A stretch of 64,000 nucleotides of DNA. Source: Amoebidium appalachense. Its lineage: Eukaryota; Protista; Ichthyosporea. The stretch lies in the NCBI GenBank assembly GCA_963693365.1, contig CAVNZM010000004.1:2065889-2129888 (forward strand). Reading direction: 5' to 3'. The translations under genes were made by a program, and so were the position numbers. Numbering within the stretch: position 1 is the stretch's first letter; each line of letters begins with the position of its first letter. Below are positions 12,727 to 26,400 of this stretch, piece by piece. Below the pieces are notes generated by a model, which worked only from the letters and a program-made list of their open reading frames with translations, was not told the origin of the DNA and did no database searches.

Positions 12727-14679
12727 GTTTGTGTGTGTGTATGCTTACCTCCTCTGCTATTTCACAACAAGGCTTTCCCTTCCTCAATGCGGCTCCCCCG
12801 CATCTCCCCCCCCCCCCCCCCCTGGGTACTACGTCAGCTAGCAATGATGCATTAGGCCGGGGGCAGATGACATTGGCAATAGGCAGACTGCAATACTAGT
12901 GGTGCCATGGGGAGAAGCAGGGAAAAGCTACATGCAAGTTAGTCTGCTCGTTAGTCTGGTGCAAGCTCTTTAATCATTTGCACTGCTCCAATGTATATGC
13001 CGCGGCACTGAATTTGTAAAAACACTAACGTTGGCCATCCCGGAGAAACTCAACGTTTTGCACGTTTTCCCGGTCAAAGTTGACGAGCTCAAATCCACAC
13101 TGCAAGTTGCAGGGGTGTCAGTTGCATCAACTTTACATGGTTGACGGTCGTGCATTGTTTTTTTACAAGGCTTTGCATATGATTCATACTCACCGAGACG
13201 AGGAAACATACATACAGTAGTAAGCGTGACTGGAAGGGGGATGGGTGTGAATTTTTTTTCAGTATAGCAATACAGAGTACAAATTTTGGAATCTCTCAAT
13301 CCATCCCCTCCACCACCCCCCGTAATGCCCTCCAGTCAATCATGTGACTTACTGCTCCACACTCCCCCAACATCCCAACATACGACACTCCTCTTCTCCA
13401 CGCACGCATGCGCATGCACCGCTTTTTACACCACAACACAAAATACACATTTTTACCACATTTAACACAAGCACCCGCACGCATACACAAATCCCTAGTT
13501 CAGTATGTTTGCTCCACGTGCACAGGCTTGAAAGTTTGAGAACCGGTCTCTAGCCGATACTAGTAGCATCAATGATTGGGGTTTCCTAGTGGTTTGCTAG
13601 CCCTGTGGTCCATTCAATGGCGTGGTAAACGGTTCCTGATGTTTCCTAGACGGTGGTGTCCTAGTGGGCCACATCCTTTGTACATGGTGCCGGAGCTGTG
13701 TGGGCCGTTGTATTGTGTTCCCTTTGTTCCGTTTAGCCAAACTGGGCTCCTTTTCTGCCACACTCCACACCCACCTATCCACTTCCTATTACCCTGCACA
13801 ACTGTATACACTTTACCAATGGCATCAGCGATTTCCTTCTTAACTTAACACAGGTGATTATCTCAAGTCCCATTGATTCTTGTTTCCAATACCGGGACAC
13901 AATCGTCACACACATAATACCACCCTCCCAACCTGGTTACTTTAGTTTTTTTTTTTTTTTTTTTTTTTCATTTTCAGTTATTTCATTTTATTTTTTTGGC
14001 CCCCTTGCAGTGGTCTGGTTTGTGTTTTCTCCGAGATTGATTTTCTGTAATGTGTGTGGTGCTACCACTGTGGTCGTGTAGTACTATTAATAAGGGGTGT
14101 ATTTCATTTGTATTAAGATGTACAAAGCATGCCGCATGATGTGGAGCACATGTCGGGTTTCCAGATTGGCCGAAGAGAGCGGTTAGTAAAGTGCAATAAT
14201 GCCCAATCGTGAAGAACACATGTCTGGTATGCCGAAGTTCATTGCTGCTAGATGGCAAGTTGTTCCACTTGTCCGTTACTGTAGTGTTTTAGAAAAGTTG
14301 CAAGCGAAAACTTGAAGTTGCACACTCTGTTACGATAAGTCCCGGAATAATTGTTGCGTGGGTGGAATGTCTCATGATTACTCACACACCCCATAAAGGG
14401 CCCTGCGAAACGAATCTGGAGGAGCTGGAAAGAAAACTGTGAGAATTGATTTCGGACCTTTCTTTCTCTCCTTTTTAATTTTCTTTTCCCCCTTCAACTC
14501 CAAACTACACGCTCAGGCCGCAGTTGGAAGGCAGGAGTGGGTAGGCGGGTGGCAAATCATGGTGGATGTTGTGGCTGGTGCCGTGTCCGAAGTTGTTTGT
14601 GTGTGAGCGCACGCAAGGGTGGAGTGATGATGTCTGTGGGTGTGCGTGTATGTATGCGTATGTGTGTTTTTTTTTTTTT

Positions 14680-14726
<47 letters not shown>

Positions 14727-15328
14727 CTGGTTGGGAGGGATGTAGCGTAGTGTAGGCATCACCCATTACATAAAAAAATAACTGGATTTTTTGCATTACG
14801 TATCATACGAAATGATCATATTGATACCTGTTGTTTTGTACGGGTCTAAGGGAGCAGAGTGCACAGAGGTGTCATGCAGAGCACGACCAACACAATAAAG
14901 AGAGGGCAATCGAAGTTGTTCACGACACAAGACAGTTTGAAACAACAACTGACGTTTATTGCACTCTCGGGCCCTTTTGTTCTGGCTCATTCATCATCTC
15001 ATCTCAACTAAAAGAAGGGAACCAATCGGGTTCCTTCAAACGACAGGGCAATACATTCCAATCGAGAAAACGCTTTCTAACTTCCAACACTACAGAAGCT
15101 TAGAAACTCTTAACTCTTAGAAACGCTTAAAAACCAAAGACAACAAAGCTAGCTACCCAATCACTCTACTCGCAGTAAAACAGAGGAGAGCAAACACAAG
15201 TAAAACACAACACATCCTGACAGGCAAGGGAGCCAGGTGTGCACAGATCTACAGTGCACACAGAAACAAGGGAGAGAGAGTGATACGGGGGGGGGGGGGG
15301 GGGGGGGGGGGGGAAGAGACAGACAGAC

Positions 15329-15425
<97 letters not shown>

Positions 15426-15621
15426 GGAGAAGGGAGAAAGAGGAGAGAGCTGCTGATGAGACTCTACCAGACATGAATCCAAACAAGGCTAAGACACACA
15501 CACATACTTCAAGTCTTTTGCTGGCCTACGTCGATACGTATTCCAACAATACCTGAACTACTAATTTGTGGCACGGGGTGCTGGGAGGGAGGCAGAAATA
15601 TATATGGAGTCACGTCATACA

Positions 15622-16167
<546 letters not shown>

Positions 16168-16313
16168 ACACCAACCCTCCCACCATGCTCACCCCCCTGG
16201 GGAAACGTAAGTATTAGAGTTTGACTTTACCTAAGACTGGAAAAAAGACAAAACAAAAAGACGTGACAAAAATACAAAAACTTGAAAACATAGTCCGATG
16301 GAAGAAGAAAGGT

Positions 16314-16368
<55 letters not shown>

Positions 16369-17717
16369 ATGTGCTAGACGAATTCGTGAAATGTGCCCAC
16401 CCGGGGGTTCTCGTCTCTCCACAATAGCATGTGTTGCGACTTTCCAACCACTCATGCATTCATTGTTAGCAACCCATTCCTTCTTATTTCAAAGCAAAAG
16501 GCGAGCCAACCTCTTTTGGCCAAGGACGAGCAGAAAACAGAAAACCCAAACACAAACAAGCAGAAGATACAATGAAAACCCAAGAAGTCAAGTAGAGCCG
16601 AAGTCAGGCTAGTACAGATCCTGCAAAGCTCCTCACCCACTAACTTAACCTATTTACAGAAGAGAAGGGAAGCGGGGAAATAGAGAGACAAAGAGGGGGG
16701 GGGGGGGGGGGGGGAGACAAGAGAGAGAGAGAGAAAGAGAGAGAGAGAGTACTTGGAGGGGGGGGAGGGGGGGGGGGGGGGGTGCGCTTACAAACGGTGG
16801 TTAGGGCAGGAGTAGAGAGAGGAATGATGAACGGGTGGTGAGGCGGGAGAAATTATGTAGTTGGAAGGGAGAACTGAAGAAGTATTGTGAAGGGAGACAG
16901 GGGGAATCGGGATATTAGGTGTTCGAAGCACACAAATATAGGCGATGCCTATGTTGCACATGTGTGTACAGAAACTTACGTTGGCCATTCAGGCCTGTGT
17001 CCACCAAAACCTGCAGCTGTTCCGGAGTCGTGCTAAGTTCGAGCTTTTTCTTAGGCGCCATTGCTCACTCATATGTGTGCCACAGTACGTGTGCGGATCT
17101 GTATGTGCCTGCGTGTGTGTGTGTGTGCGTGCAGTATGTGCCTGCGTGTGTGTGTGTGTGCGTGCAGTATGTGCCTGCGTGTGCGTGTGTGTGCGTGCAT
17201 GCGTGTACACGTCCGTGCGAGCGTACGTGCGTGTGTGCGTACGTGCGTGCGTGCGTGTATATGCGTGCGTGTGTGCGTGTGTACGTGCGTGCGTGCGTGT
17301 GTGTGTGTGCGTGTGTACGTGCGTGTATGTGTGTGCGTGCGTGCGTGCGTGCGTACGTGCGTGCGTGCGTGCGTGCGTGCATGTGTGTGCGTGTGTGCCG
17401 GTGTGTGCCACCCGAGAGTGCCACCAGTGACTTTTGCGTCCGTTAATGCCTCTACATCTTATGCTCGGACAATCGATTGTCGAATTGTTCGTTTGAACTG
17501 GTGATTTAGATATGTTGTTGCTTCGATTTGCTTATTGGCTCGGCTCAGCCAAGTGCCCACTGGACACGATCATCAGAAACGTACACATACCCTGGCATGC
17601 ACTGCCTCTCTACGAACAAAATCCAAATAAACACACCGCACGAAGAAAACCCCTCTACCCTATCCTCCCCCTCCACTACCCTCAATGCGTGGGCGTGTGT
17701 TTGTGTACGTGTGTGTG

Positions 17718-17789
<72 letters not shown>

Positions 17790-18168
17790 ATGTATGTGTG
17801 CATGTGTGGGTGTGTGTCTGTGTGTGTGTGTGTGCCGTAGCCAATCAGCAAGAGACTAGCTAAAGACGGGGAAATGCAACACAGCGCGGGCGGGTGGGTG
17901 GGGTTAAGTAGGGGTTGACGGGGAAACAAAGCTAAGACGAGTAGAACGAGTCGCCGCCTATATACCATAGTCGGCTCCCTAGTGGCCACTGATTGTTGGA
18001 ACCCTATTCCAACCAATCAGTTGGCCTAAATACATCTCTAAATAGAGCTTGATGAATCAAGCGAAGTATTTAGATATGTTGTTGCTATCTGCGACCACAT
18101 TCTTATTTTACAGAAATAATACACAAAGCTGGATGGCAGGAGCGGCGCGGCGAGTGATTTTCATCCAA

Positions 18169-19075
18169 TCATGAAGGGGGGCAGGTGCTGCCGTCCAATA
18201 GGAAGGCACGCATTCGCCAAGACCGGACACCGACCGGAAACACCACTTCTTCGGGGGCTAGGTCCGTGTGGGCCTGTGCCATCCCTTGCACCACCGGCCA
18301 CCATAAGGCGGTGTCCCACACCGGGACCACTAATATTCCCTGCGCACATTCCCGCTGAATCTTCGCCACTGTCCGCTTGATCAACGGAAACGGTGGCGCC
18401 CACCAGCTGGGGGGCCCGCCATGCGGCGGCAAGCCCGTCTGTCGTATCCTATTGTGTATTTACTAGAGACGCGGCACTCTACTAAGGGTACACACACGAA
18501 AAGGAACGAACGTGTACGGAAAAACGGTAAAGTTTATTCAGACCAGGCTCCGACGGGCAAAACTTAGATCCGTACGGAAATTCAATGAGGCTAAGTCACA
18601 ACTGAGGCCATCAAGGCCGTGCCCTCAAAGATCATCATCACCTGGCCCCCCTACGATGCCACATTCCAAACATTCCGATCTACTTTATCGTGCGCCTGCA
18701 CGAGCTAAGTCGATCTACTCAAACTAATATATTTATCCATATCTCACCCCTCCCCCTCCCCCTAGTGGCACCGCAGAGTCTAAATCTACATTTCATACTA
18801 TCCTCCCCCCCCCCCCTCCCTCCCCCCTTTCCTCTACATCGAAATATATAAATACGTTTGGCAACATACACTATCAAACCTTGCCAATACTTACAAAAGG
18901 GCTTCTGCCCGAACAATCACATTCCTAAGTCCTCCTACGATCTATCCTACACACTAATTAGAATTCTATTGGTCGGCTGCCCCAGCTGACGTGGTCCTGC
19001 CCTGCGCCGGCAGAGGCAAGATGCACGCAGCTGTACAGCTATCTTGAGGCCCGGGACTTGATCTTGATGATCTGT

Positions 19076-19106
<31 letters not shown>

Positions 19107-20825
19107 GATCTCGATCGTAGACTTAGGCTGATCTGCTGAGACGGATTAGTATATGTCACCGTCCTGCCCACCGCTCACGGGGACCACCGCGGTCCATGTG
19201 TGAAACGTGGGTTTGACTGCTGTCACGGGTGTAGCAAACCGATCCACCGCCGTGTGCAATCCGAGTGTCTGCTCGATACGCTCGACCCCCGCAGGGGTAA
19301 CCGACCACTCGTGGCGGGGATCAATCCGCGACAACCAATCCACACGGTCGTTCACTTCGCCCGGAATGTATGACAGCTCTTGGGGCCAGGGGAGCCCCTT
19401 TTCCAAACACAACTGCAGCAGTTGCCATAGCACTCGCTGCATGGCGGGGCTGCTGCTGCCCTTTTTGCGCACCGCGCCCAACGCGGCCTGGGCGTCTGAC
19501 TGCCAGCGTACGCGCTGACGTTGGATTAGGGCCTGCATTTCGGGCCTGCAGTAGGCCTCGAGTAGGCCCTCGCACTCCGCCACTGCAGCCGCCCGCGGTG
19601 CATCGCTCTCCGCCCAACGACCGAAAGCCTCCACAACCTGCGGGGTTGGTAGGCCCAACTGTAGTACTGCCCCCCACCCGTGTGAGGTGGCAGCATCTGT
19701 GATGAGAGTGGCCGTGATAGGCTCAGGCCAGATTTCCGTGCGGGGAAGCCGACCTATTATACCCATGGTTTTACCGATAATGCGTAGCTGCCGACCCGTT
19801 AACCGCACAAAGCTACGCCAGTTCCCGCCGCGTAGAGCACCATACACCGGCCGGACAACCGTGAGTACATGAGGCACCGCCGCACGCAAACTAACAACCA
19901 ACCGTGACCCTAGCCATCTAGCCACCTGCTTCTTTTCCACCCACCGCCGTCCTTTGCGCGCCTTAGCCATTAAAGAGCGTGTTTCCCCCGATAATTTTTC
20001 CAAAGACGCCAATGTGGGAGACAAATACCCTTCCTCCAAATTTATATGGATGCCTAAATGGTCGAGGGCACTCACTGGGTCCCAATGAGCCTTATTCGGA
20101 TGCTTCGTAAGGCCGGTGACTTTCAATTCCTGCTCCACCACCCCGCGTGTGTCGAGTGCCCGTGCCGCCTGTTCGAAGATGGCCCAGTCATCGAGGAAAA
20201 CCAACGAACGGATGCCGCGTGCACGTAACCGACGCCGCGCGAACTCGCGCATAAGGCGCATGAAAAAGTAGGGACTGAGGGAGTAACCGAAGGGAAGCAC
20301 CGTGTACTGGAAGAGTTGTCCCCCCACACGAATTTGGAAATACTTGCGGAACCGGGGTTGAATGGCTAGTGCAAAATATCCGTCTTCGTGGTCGAAACTG
20401 AAAGCGTGGTCACCCGGCTGCGCGAGCGCCCGCAAATCGCTGAGGGTTTCGTACTTGATACCACGTGCGACGGCGTATTAATTCACAGGACGCATATCAA
20501 TAATGAGCCGGACGTTTCCGTTGGGCTTCCGCAGCCCAAAAGACTTCGAAACACACCATTTTGCGCTTTCAGGCACTGTCTCGAGGGCCCCCTTACTCAC
20601 TAACCGTTCAACTTCCACTGCTGCTTCTGCCTCTGAAACTTCGTCGATATCCAGATAGCCACCTGCATCAAAAGGGGCAGGACGCGCACTCTTCCATTCT
20701 GGTGTGATGCCGTACTTAATCCAGAACAAAACTTCTTTAGACGCACCCCCACGCTCCCACTCATCTACACAGGCACGAACTCTCTGATACAATGGCAGTT
20801 GGGATGCATCACTTGCATCTCCCAT
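18169..20825 (-). pseudogene. DIRS pol: RT, RNase H and Dam-like methyltransferase domain, disrupted
   Basis: RLIIDMRPVN*, DHEDGYF, VLPFGYSLSPYFF, VFLDDW, TDAATSHGWGA, YIPGEVNDRVDWLSR, VDRFAT, WWAPPFPLI..GILVVPVW; in-frame stop at 20478-20480, solo LTR insertion and a frameshift near 18415. Confidence 0.88.
18440..19158. mobile_element. Solo LTR (719 bp)
   Basis: Begins TGTCGTAT and ends ATATGTCA; 5-bp TSD ccgtc at 18435-18439 and 19159-19163; removal rejoins GGQDG-LAAAW in the DIRS MT domain. Confidence 0.8.
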
Positions 20826-22512
20826 CCTGCCTTCGAAGAAATTGAGACACTACACCTGTCTGCAGCACTACGCGCGCTTGCAAACAGTTTATCTACAACA
20901 CTACGCGCTCTCGTAGAACCTAACTAGAAAGGGCCGCAGCCCAGTTGCCCTCAGGCCGTGGGTGCAGCTCACCCCTACGCAAATAGCTATCTATTTAGAT
21001 ATACCCACCACTGCTAATTACGCTCCACAACTGCTACCCGGGCGCCACGCTGCCCTACCGAGCTAAGCCGAGCCTCCTGCCGTCTGTCGGCCCTCTACAG
21101 CTAAGTAGGGGCCGACGGGGAAACAAAGCTAAGACGAGTAGAACGAGTCGCCGCCTATATACCATAGTCGGCTCCCTAGTGGCCACTGATTGTTGGAACC
21201 CGATTCCAACCAATCAGTTGGCCTAAATACATCTCTAAATAGAGCTTGATGAATCAAGCGAAGTATTTGGTCATTTGAACTTCCGGTGAATTGATCATTT
21301 ATTTGGTAATTTTGGTTTAATTATAATGAATTGTCGAATTGTACTTTTGAAATGGTAATTTGACCATTTATAACGGTGAAATATGAATTGTCCAAATTGT
21401 TCTTTGAAAGTGAAGATTTGGTGATCTGAAAGGGTATATTTTGGTCATTAGATAGGGTGTCGAATTGTTCATTTAAACAGGTAGTTTGGTCATTTGAACA
21501 TTAATTTGATGAATTAATCATTTGATCCCATTGTTTGGTCATTTGAACATTTGAACCGGTGAGTAAGGGGAATGTGCAGGGCAGTAAATGGTTCTCTAAA
21601 CTGACGGATTTGTCGACATCGATCGCGAATCGCATATTGTTCGATAGGATACACAATGGCAATTATTACAAAGCTGCGATCGTTTTTTGAATATCTAACA
21701 AATGTATCCAAAGACCTATTGATATACCGAATTCGGCATTCGGACCATTGATTTGCTCACTTCAGGCTTGGATATCATGCTGTACCGTACACATGTCTGG
21801 TTCTGGTCATGGGACCGTATTATGTTCATGATTCATTTCCAAATTGCATAATTGAACTGAATAATGCAGGTTGATAATCAGGCCGTGCACGTGACCACGT
21901 TCTCGGCGACCCAGAATATTAATATTACACATATGTAAAATGTATGCATACTCATGCAGGTAAATATTAAATATATGCCAAGTAGCTTCATGATGCATGG
22001 TCTGGCATGGCCTTACATATCACGGATAGAGTACGGTATCGATCCGGCCCGAGCATACATCATCATGATGATAGGTCTGTGCCACCCCGGTCAACGCGTA
22101 CGGGATGAATATGTGTGCGTGAAAAATACATGCCGCCGCAGGGTTGGGAAAAGTCAGTGACCCCCCAGCAGTATGTAGCAGCTCGGTCTTCTGTTCACCA
22201 TCATTATGCACTTGCGCATGCTACACTAAAATATGGCTGCACGTCTGCGCGCAAGCTTGCGAAATCTTTCAAAGTCATGTCATGACAGGCCTGAGAGTCT
22301 TCCAAGCCACTAATATGGTTTTTATGATGATTAAACTAAGTATACATGGACCAGATACATGGAACACAGTAGACATTTTGGATTTTGTCCTGGTGCAGAG
22401 ACTAGCGATCTTGCTAGCCTTGAGATCACAACCTAACCACTGCCGATGGTTGTGATGACGCCAGTAATGGCGTGCTGGCTTTTACCCCAGCGAGAAGAGG
22501 ATGAGAAAAAGA

Positions 22513-22585
22513 TGATCCCGACGGGATTTGAACCCGCGACCCCTCTATCTCCGGTCGAGTGCTCTACCGACTGAGCTACGAGATC
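22513..22585 (-). tRNA. tRNA-like sequence in the 3' LTR (nominal anticodon GGA, atypical)
   Basis: Cloverleaf GATCTCG/CGGGATC, D arm GCTC-AGTCGGTA-GAGC, T loop GTTCAAATCC, TTTTT just downstream; C33, a mismatch in the anticodon stem and a short variable arm. Confidence 0.7.
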
Positions 22586-22882
22586 GGTTAAGATCTCGCA
22601 GGCCACCAGCCGATCATGATCTGATTCATGCGATCGGACTGGATAACGATACCATCTTCCAACATCCCCACTCAGGACGAATCGCAGAATCAGGTTAGGG
22701 TGGACTGCCCCCTCAGTCCCCACTGAATCTCTGTTCATGCTACCATTTTGGATTTTGTCCTGGTGCAGAGACTAGCGATCTTGCTAGCCTTGAGATCACA
22801 ACCTAACCACTGCCGATGGTTGTGATGACGCTAGTAAAGGCGTGCTGGCTTTTACCCCAGCGAGAAGAGAATGAGAAAAAGA

Positions 22883-22955
22883 TGATCCCGACGGGATTTG
22901 AACCCGCGACCCCTCTATCTCCGGTCGAGTGCTCTACCGACTGAGCTACGAGATC
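22883..22955 (-). tRNA. tRNA-like sequence in the 5' LTR (identical copy)
   Basis: Identical to 22513-22585. Confidence 0.7.
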
Positions 22956-23292
22956 GGTTAAGATCTCGGAGGCCACCAGCCGATCATGATCTGATTCATG
23001 CGATCGGACTGGATAACGATACCATCTTCCAACAGACACCAAGTTTGTGCGCATCGTTCGATTCGTTGTGCTGTTACGCGTTACATGTGCATGCGGGGGT
23101 TTACGCTGTTTACTCGAGGCAAAGAGAACCAGTCTCAGGTATGGGGGGGGGGGGGTTTTGCTCGGAATATCCCCTCAGCGGTATATCATGATCACGTACA
23201 TAGATGTCGGGTGGTGACTATATATCAGGGTTTACTTTCTCTACGAGACACCATAAAGACTACAAGGAGAAATCAATTAGTTGGGGTTCCCC

Positions 23293-23359
<67 letters not shown>

Positions 23360-23391
23360 GGGCTCCCCTCGGGACACTCGGTATCAGCTGG

Positions 23392-23460
<69 letters not shown>

Positions 23461-23464
23461 TGCG

Positions 23465-26400
23465 CTATAATTTTGTAGTGATGTGTTTCTCAAGCCAATC
23501 AATACATCTAATAAACAGGTCGTAGTTACGCGTGTTTAGTATAAAATCAAGGATGTTGTAATTTACAGGTAGGCTATCTTTCTGGGTGTCTGTTGTGAAT
23601 GTGACGTGTGTGTGTTGCGGTATTATGTGGTCTATCAAACTACATTTGGCGATACATGACCGGTTAAACTGGTGTGTGTGTGTGTTGTTTGGGCATGCAA
23701 ATGATGCCACCTTATACTTATTAGATCTCCACTGTATAGCACGTGTACAGTAAAAGCGTGGTAATTGATCAATAATACCATCAGCTAGAGAAAGACCAGT
23801 TCTACAGGAAGGTAATATGTATTTAGGTGTTATACACTTGCGAGTGCCATATTTGGCAATATGGTTGAGGCGGTCAGTATATATAAAACGAGACATAAGG
23901 CTTAGTTTTTCAAGGTGTATGCTTTCATCGGGTCTAGTGTCGTGTGGTATCTTTTTCCATTTGTTATATTGCGTGATTATCTTGTGATTGTGTACATGTT
24001 TAATAAGTAAGTGGCAGTCCAAAGTCACACACACACTATTGCGGGGTTTATTTGTATTTGTGCCCAGGGGAGAAGGGGAGAGAGAGGGGAGGAAAGAGGG
24101 GAGAGGTGAGGAGGGGACAGGTCGGATAGAGAAGAGAGGGTGGGAGGGCAAATACTTCTTTAAGCGGCTTATGTGCTTATTGAATTTCAGCGCGAGATAG
24201 GATACTCTAGCAGCTATTGGGACCAGACCATATATCGAGAGCGTTACAGGCCCAGGTTTACAACAGTTGTTAGATAGAAAGGAGGCAACTTCTGCTTCAA
24301 GGAAATTTGCCAAGGGTTTAAGCGCTCTAGTTCTCTCTTTCTTGATCCAAGCGGCGAGAAGGGGTAAACCATATTCACATGCCGGGAAGACAAAAGTGCG
24401 AATAAATGTAAGTCTAATAGAAGGATGGAGGGGTGTGTCTTTAAAAATATTAGCCGAGAAGAAAGCTAACCGCTTACGAGCCAACTCTACCCTCTTTTCG
24501 ACCATATGGGGAAACATAACACCAACAGAATCAACCGGAACACCAAGATATTTGTATTCTGGAACTATAGGTACAGGTTTAGATGATAATGTAAATGTGT
24601 GTAAATTGTTAGCTATATCAGGTACAAGAACACCACATTTGTCTATGTTAAGGATCATAAGGTTTGCCTTGCACCACTCTGACACTACATCGAACAATCT
24701 TTGCAGGCGTCTAGGGGTACGGGCAAGGAGGGACAGATCATCAGCATAGAGAAGTGCAGGCGGAAAGTTATTAATAGGGTCATCGTTTTCGGCGTAAATC
24801 TTGACAGCCAAATCATCTATAAATAGGTTAAACAAAAAGGGGCTAAGCAATGAACCCTGCAAGAGACCTCTAGTACGAGCAAAACCATATGAAAGATGCC
24901 CATTAACCACAGCTCTACCATAGGTTTGAGACAAGAGTGCTTCTAACAGAACACCAATGCAGTGTGGTACACCCCGTGCAGCAAGCTTTTCCCATAGGAG
25001 ACCAGGGGAGACAGAATCGTAAGCAGTTTTCCAATCAATAAAGCCAACATATTGTGCACCAACTTGCATAGAATCGTGCAGTGCCATTATTTGAACATAA
25101 CATGAATTGTTTTTACGAAAAGCGGATTGGCATGGGTGTATGTGAAGAATAGATTGAAACCTAGGGTGATGTGCAAATAACCTAAGTAAGCAAGCTTCAA
25201 AGAATCTACGAACAACCTGGGTTAGTGTAATGGGGCGAAAGGATGATATGGGGCCCTCAGAGTCCTTCTTAACTATGGGGATCACTAAGGTATCTAACCA
25301 AGATGACGGGACATGTCCACATTTAACACACCAAGAAAAGAGAGAGCTTAACATGATAGTAAGATCAGGTTTAATAGCACGATCACTTTCCTTTTGTGGG
25401 TAGGAGGGAACAAGGATTTTAAGAAACCCAGCAGGGAGTCCATCAGGTCCACAAGACTTACTAGAGCTATAACTAGATATCACAGACCATATGGCATCGG
25501 GACTGAAAAAGGGGAGGATCGATTCTATGGGGATAGATGGGTCTACAGGCCACACAATAGGTTTCTGAGCGGGGGTCCTATCTTTAAACAGTTCCGAGAA
25601 ATACTTATCAGAGTCTATGAGGGGGTCTCCAGTGGTATCACCAATAATACGAGCAGGGGGGCCAAATCGATTCATACTAGCAAGCCGGCGCAAGCTTTCC
25701 TTTTGAGACAGGGGTTCACCTAGTCTAGCGGGAGTGGTGTTTGGTAACAAGAGAGCATCGGGATATTCCTTCCTACCACCGCCAGCATAATCACCGAGAT
25801 CTATCAAATCATCAACAATAAAGTTAGTGCATGTATCTAGTACGAGATGTGAATCTGGCCTGGCTTGTGCAGATTCTAATAGGCGCATATATATAGGGTG
25901 TTTCGTAGCATAGCATACACATACATCAACTCTACCCCACTGTGACTTAAGCTGGGATAGACGGAGGCGAAAGGTGGGAGGGGGAGGGGGGAGCAGATCA
26001 AGGGAGATCTTAGGTAGGAAAAGGATAGGAGAGTGGTCAGATGACCTAGAGAGGTTAGGAGGGAGAGAGAGTTTTGACATGGTTGATGGCCAAAAGGCCA
26101 CTCCCCAGTCGGTGTTGTGGGCATGGGATATTTGAGGGAACCGCAAAGTGTGACTTTGGACATACCTTGCTAAAGGGATAGCACGCTCCGGGGGCTTAGA
26201 TGGGTACCCGACACTCACTTGCAGTGTGTCTGTGTGGTGGAGTCGCGTGTTAAAATCACCTAAAATAACAGTGGACATTGGTAACTGTGACAACTCGTGA
26301 GTCAATTCGACAACCGACATAGATGGTGGGTAATATACAAAAGTAAAAACATTAGAAAGAAACTCTATAGAAACCGAGAATTCCGTTTTTGCTACCGGTT

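Larger units (their letters stand above)
17508..21268 (-). mobile_element. DIRS-order (PAT-like) retrotransposon with split direct repeats; no gag or tyrosine recombinase seen
   Basis: 167-bp repeat A at 21102-21268 and 17905-18071; 15-bp repeat B agatatgttgttgct at 18072-18086 and 17508-17522; ATTT core at both junctions; RT-RNaseH-MT coding region. Confidence 0.85.
17454..21774 (-). mobile_element. Non-coding interspersed element, copy 2 (inverted; interrupted by the DIRS element)
   Basis: Both ends match copy 1; removing 17508-21268 restores gaactggtgatttggtcatttgaac, matching neighbouring internal repeats. Confidence 0.65.
22376..23034 (-). mobile_element. TRIM (non-autonomous LTR element) with a tRNA-like gene in each LTR, Helenus/Cassandra-like
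   Basis: 289-bp LTRs at 22746-23034 and 22376-22664 (~4 mismatches), TGTTGGA...TCCAAAA termini; PBS TGGTAGCA (22745-22738); PPT-like GAGTGGGGA (22673-22665); 4-bp TSD gaca at 22372-22375 and 23035-23038. Confidence 0.88.

Noticed and set aside
22513-22955. Functional tRNA-Ser(GGA) genes or a genetic-code change
   Set aside because: No long variable arm, C33, an anticodon-stem mismatch, and both copies lie inside LTRs
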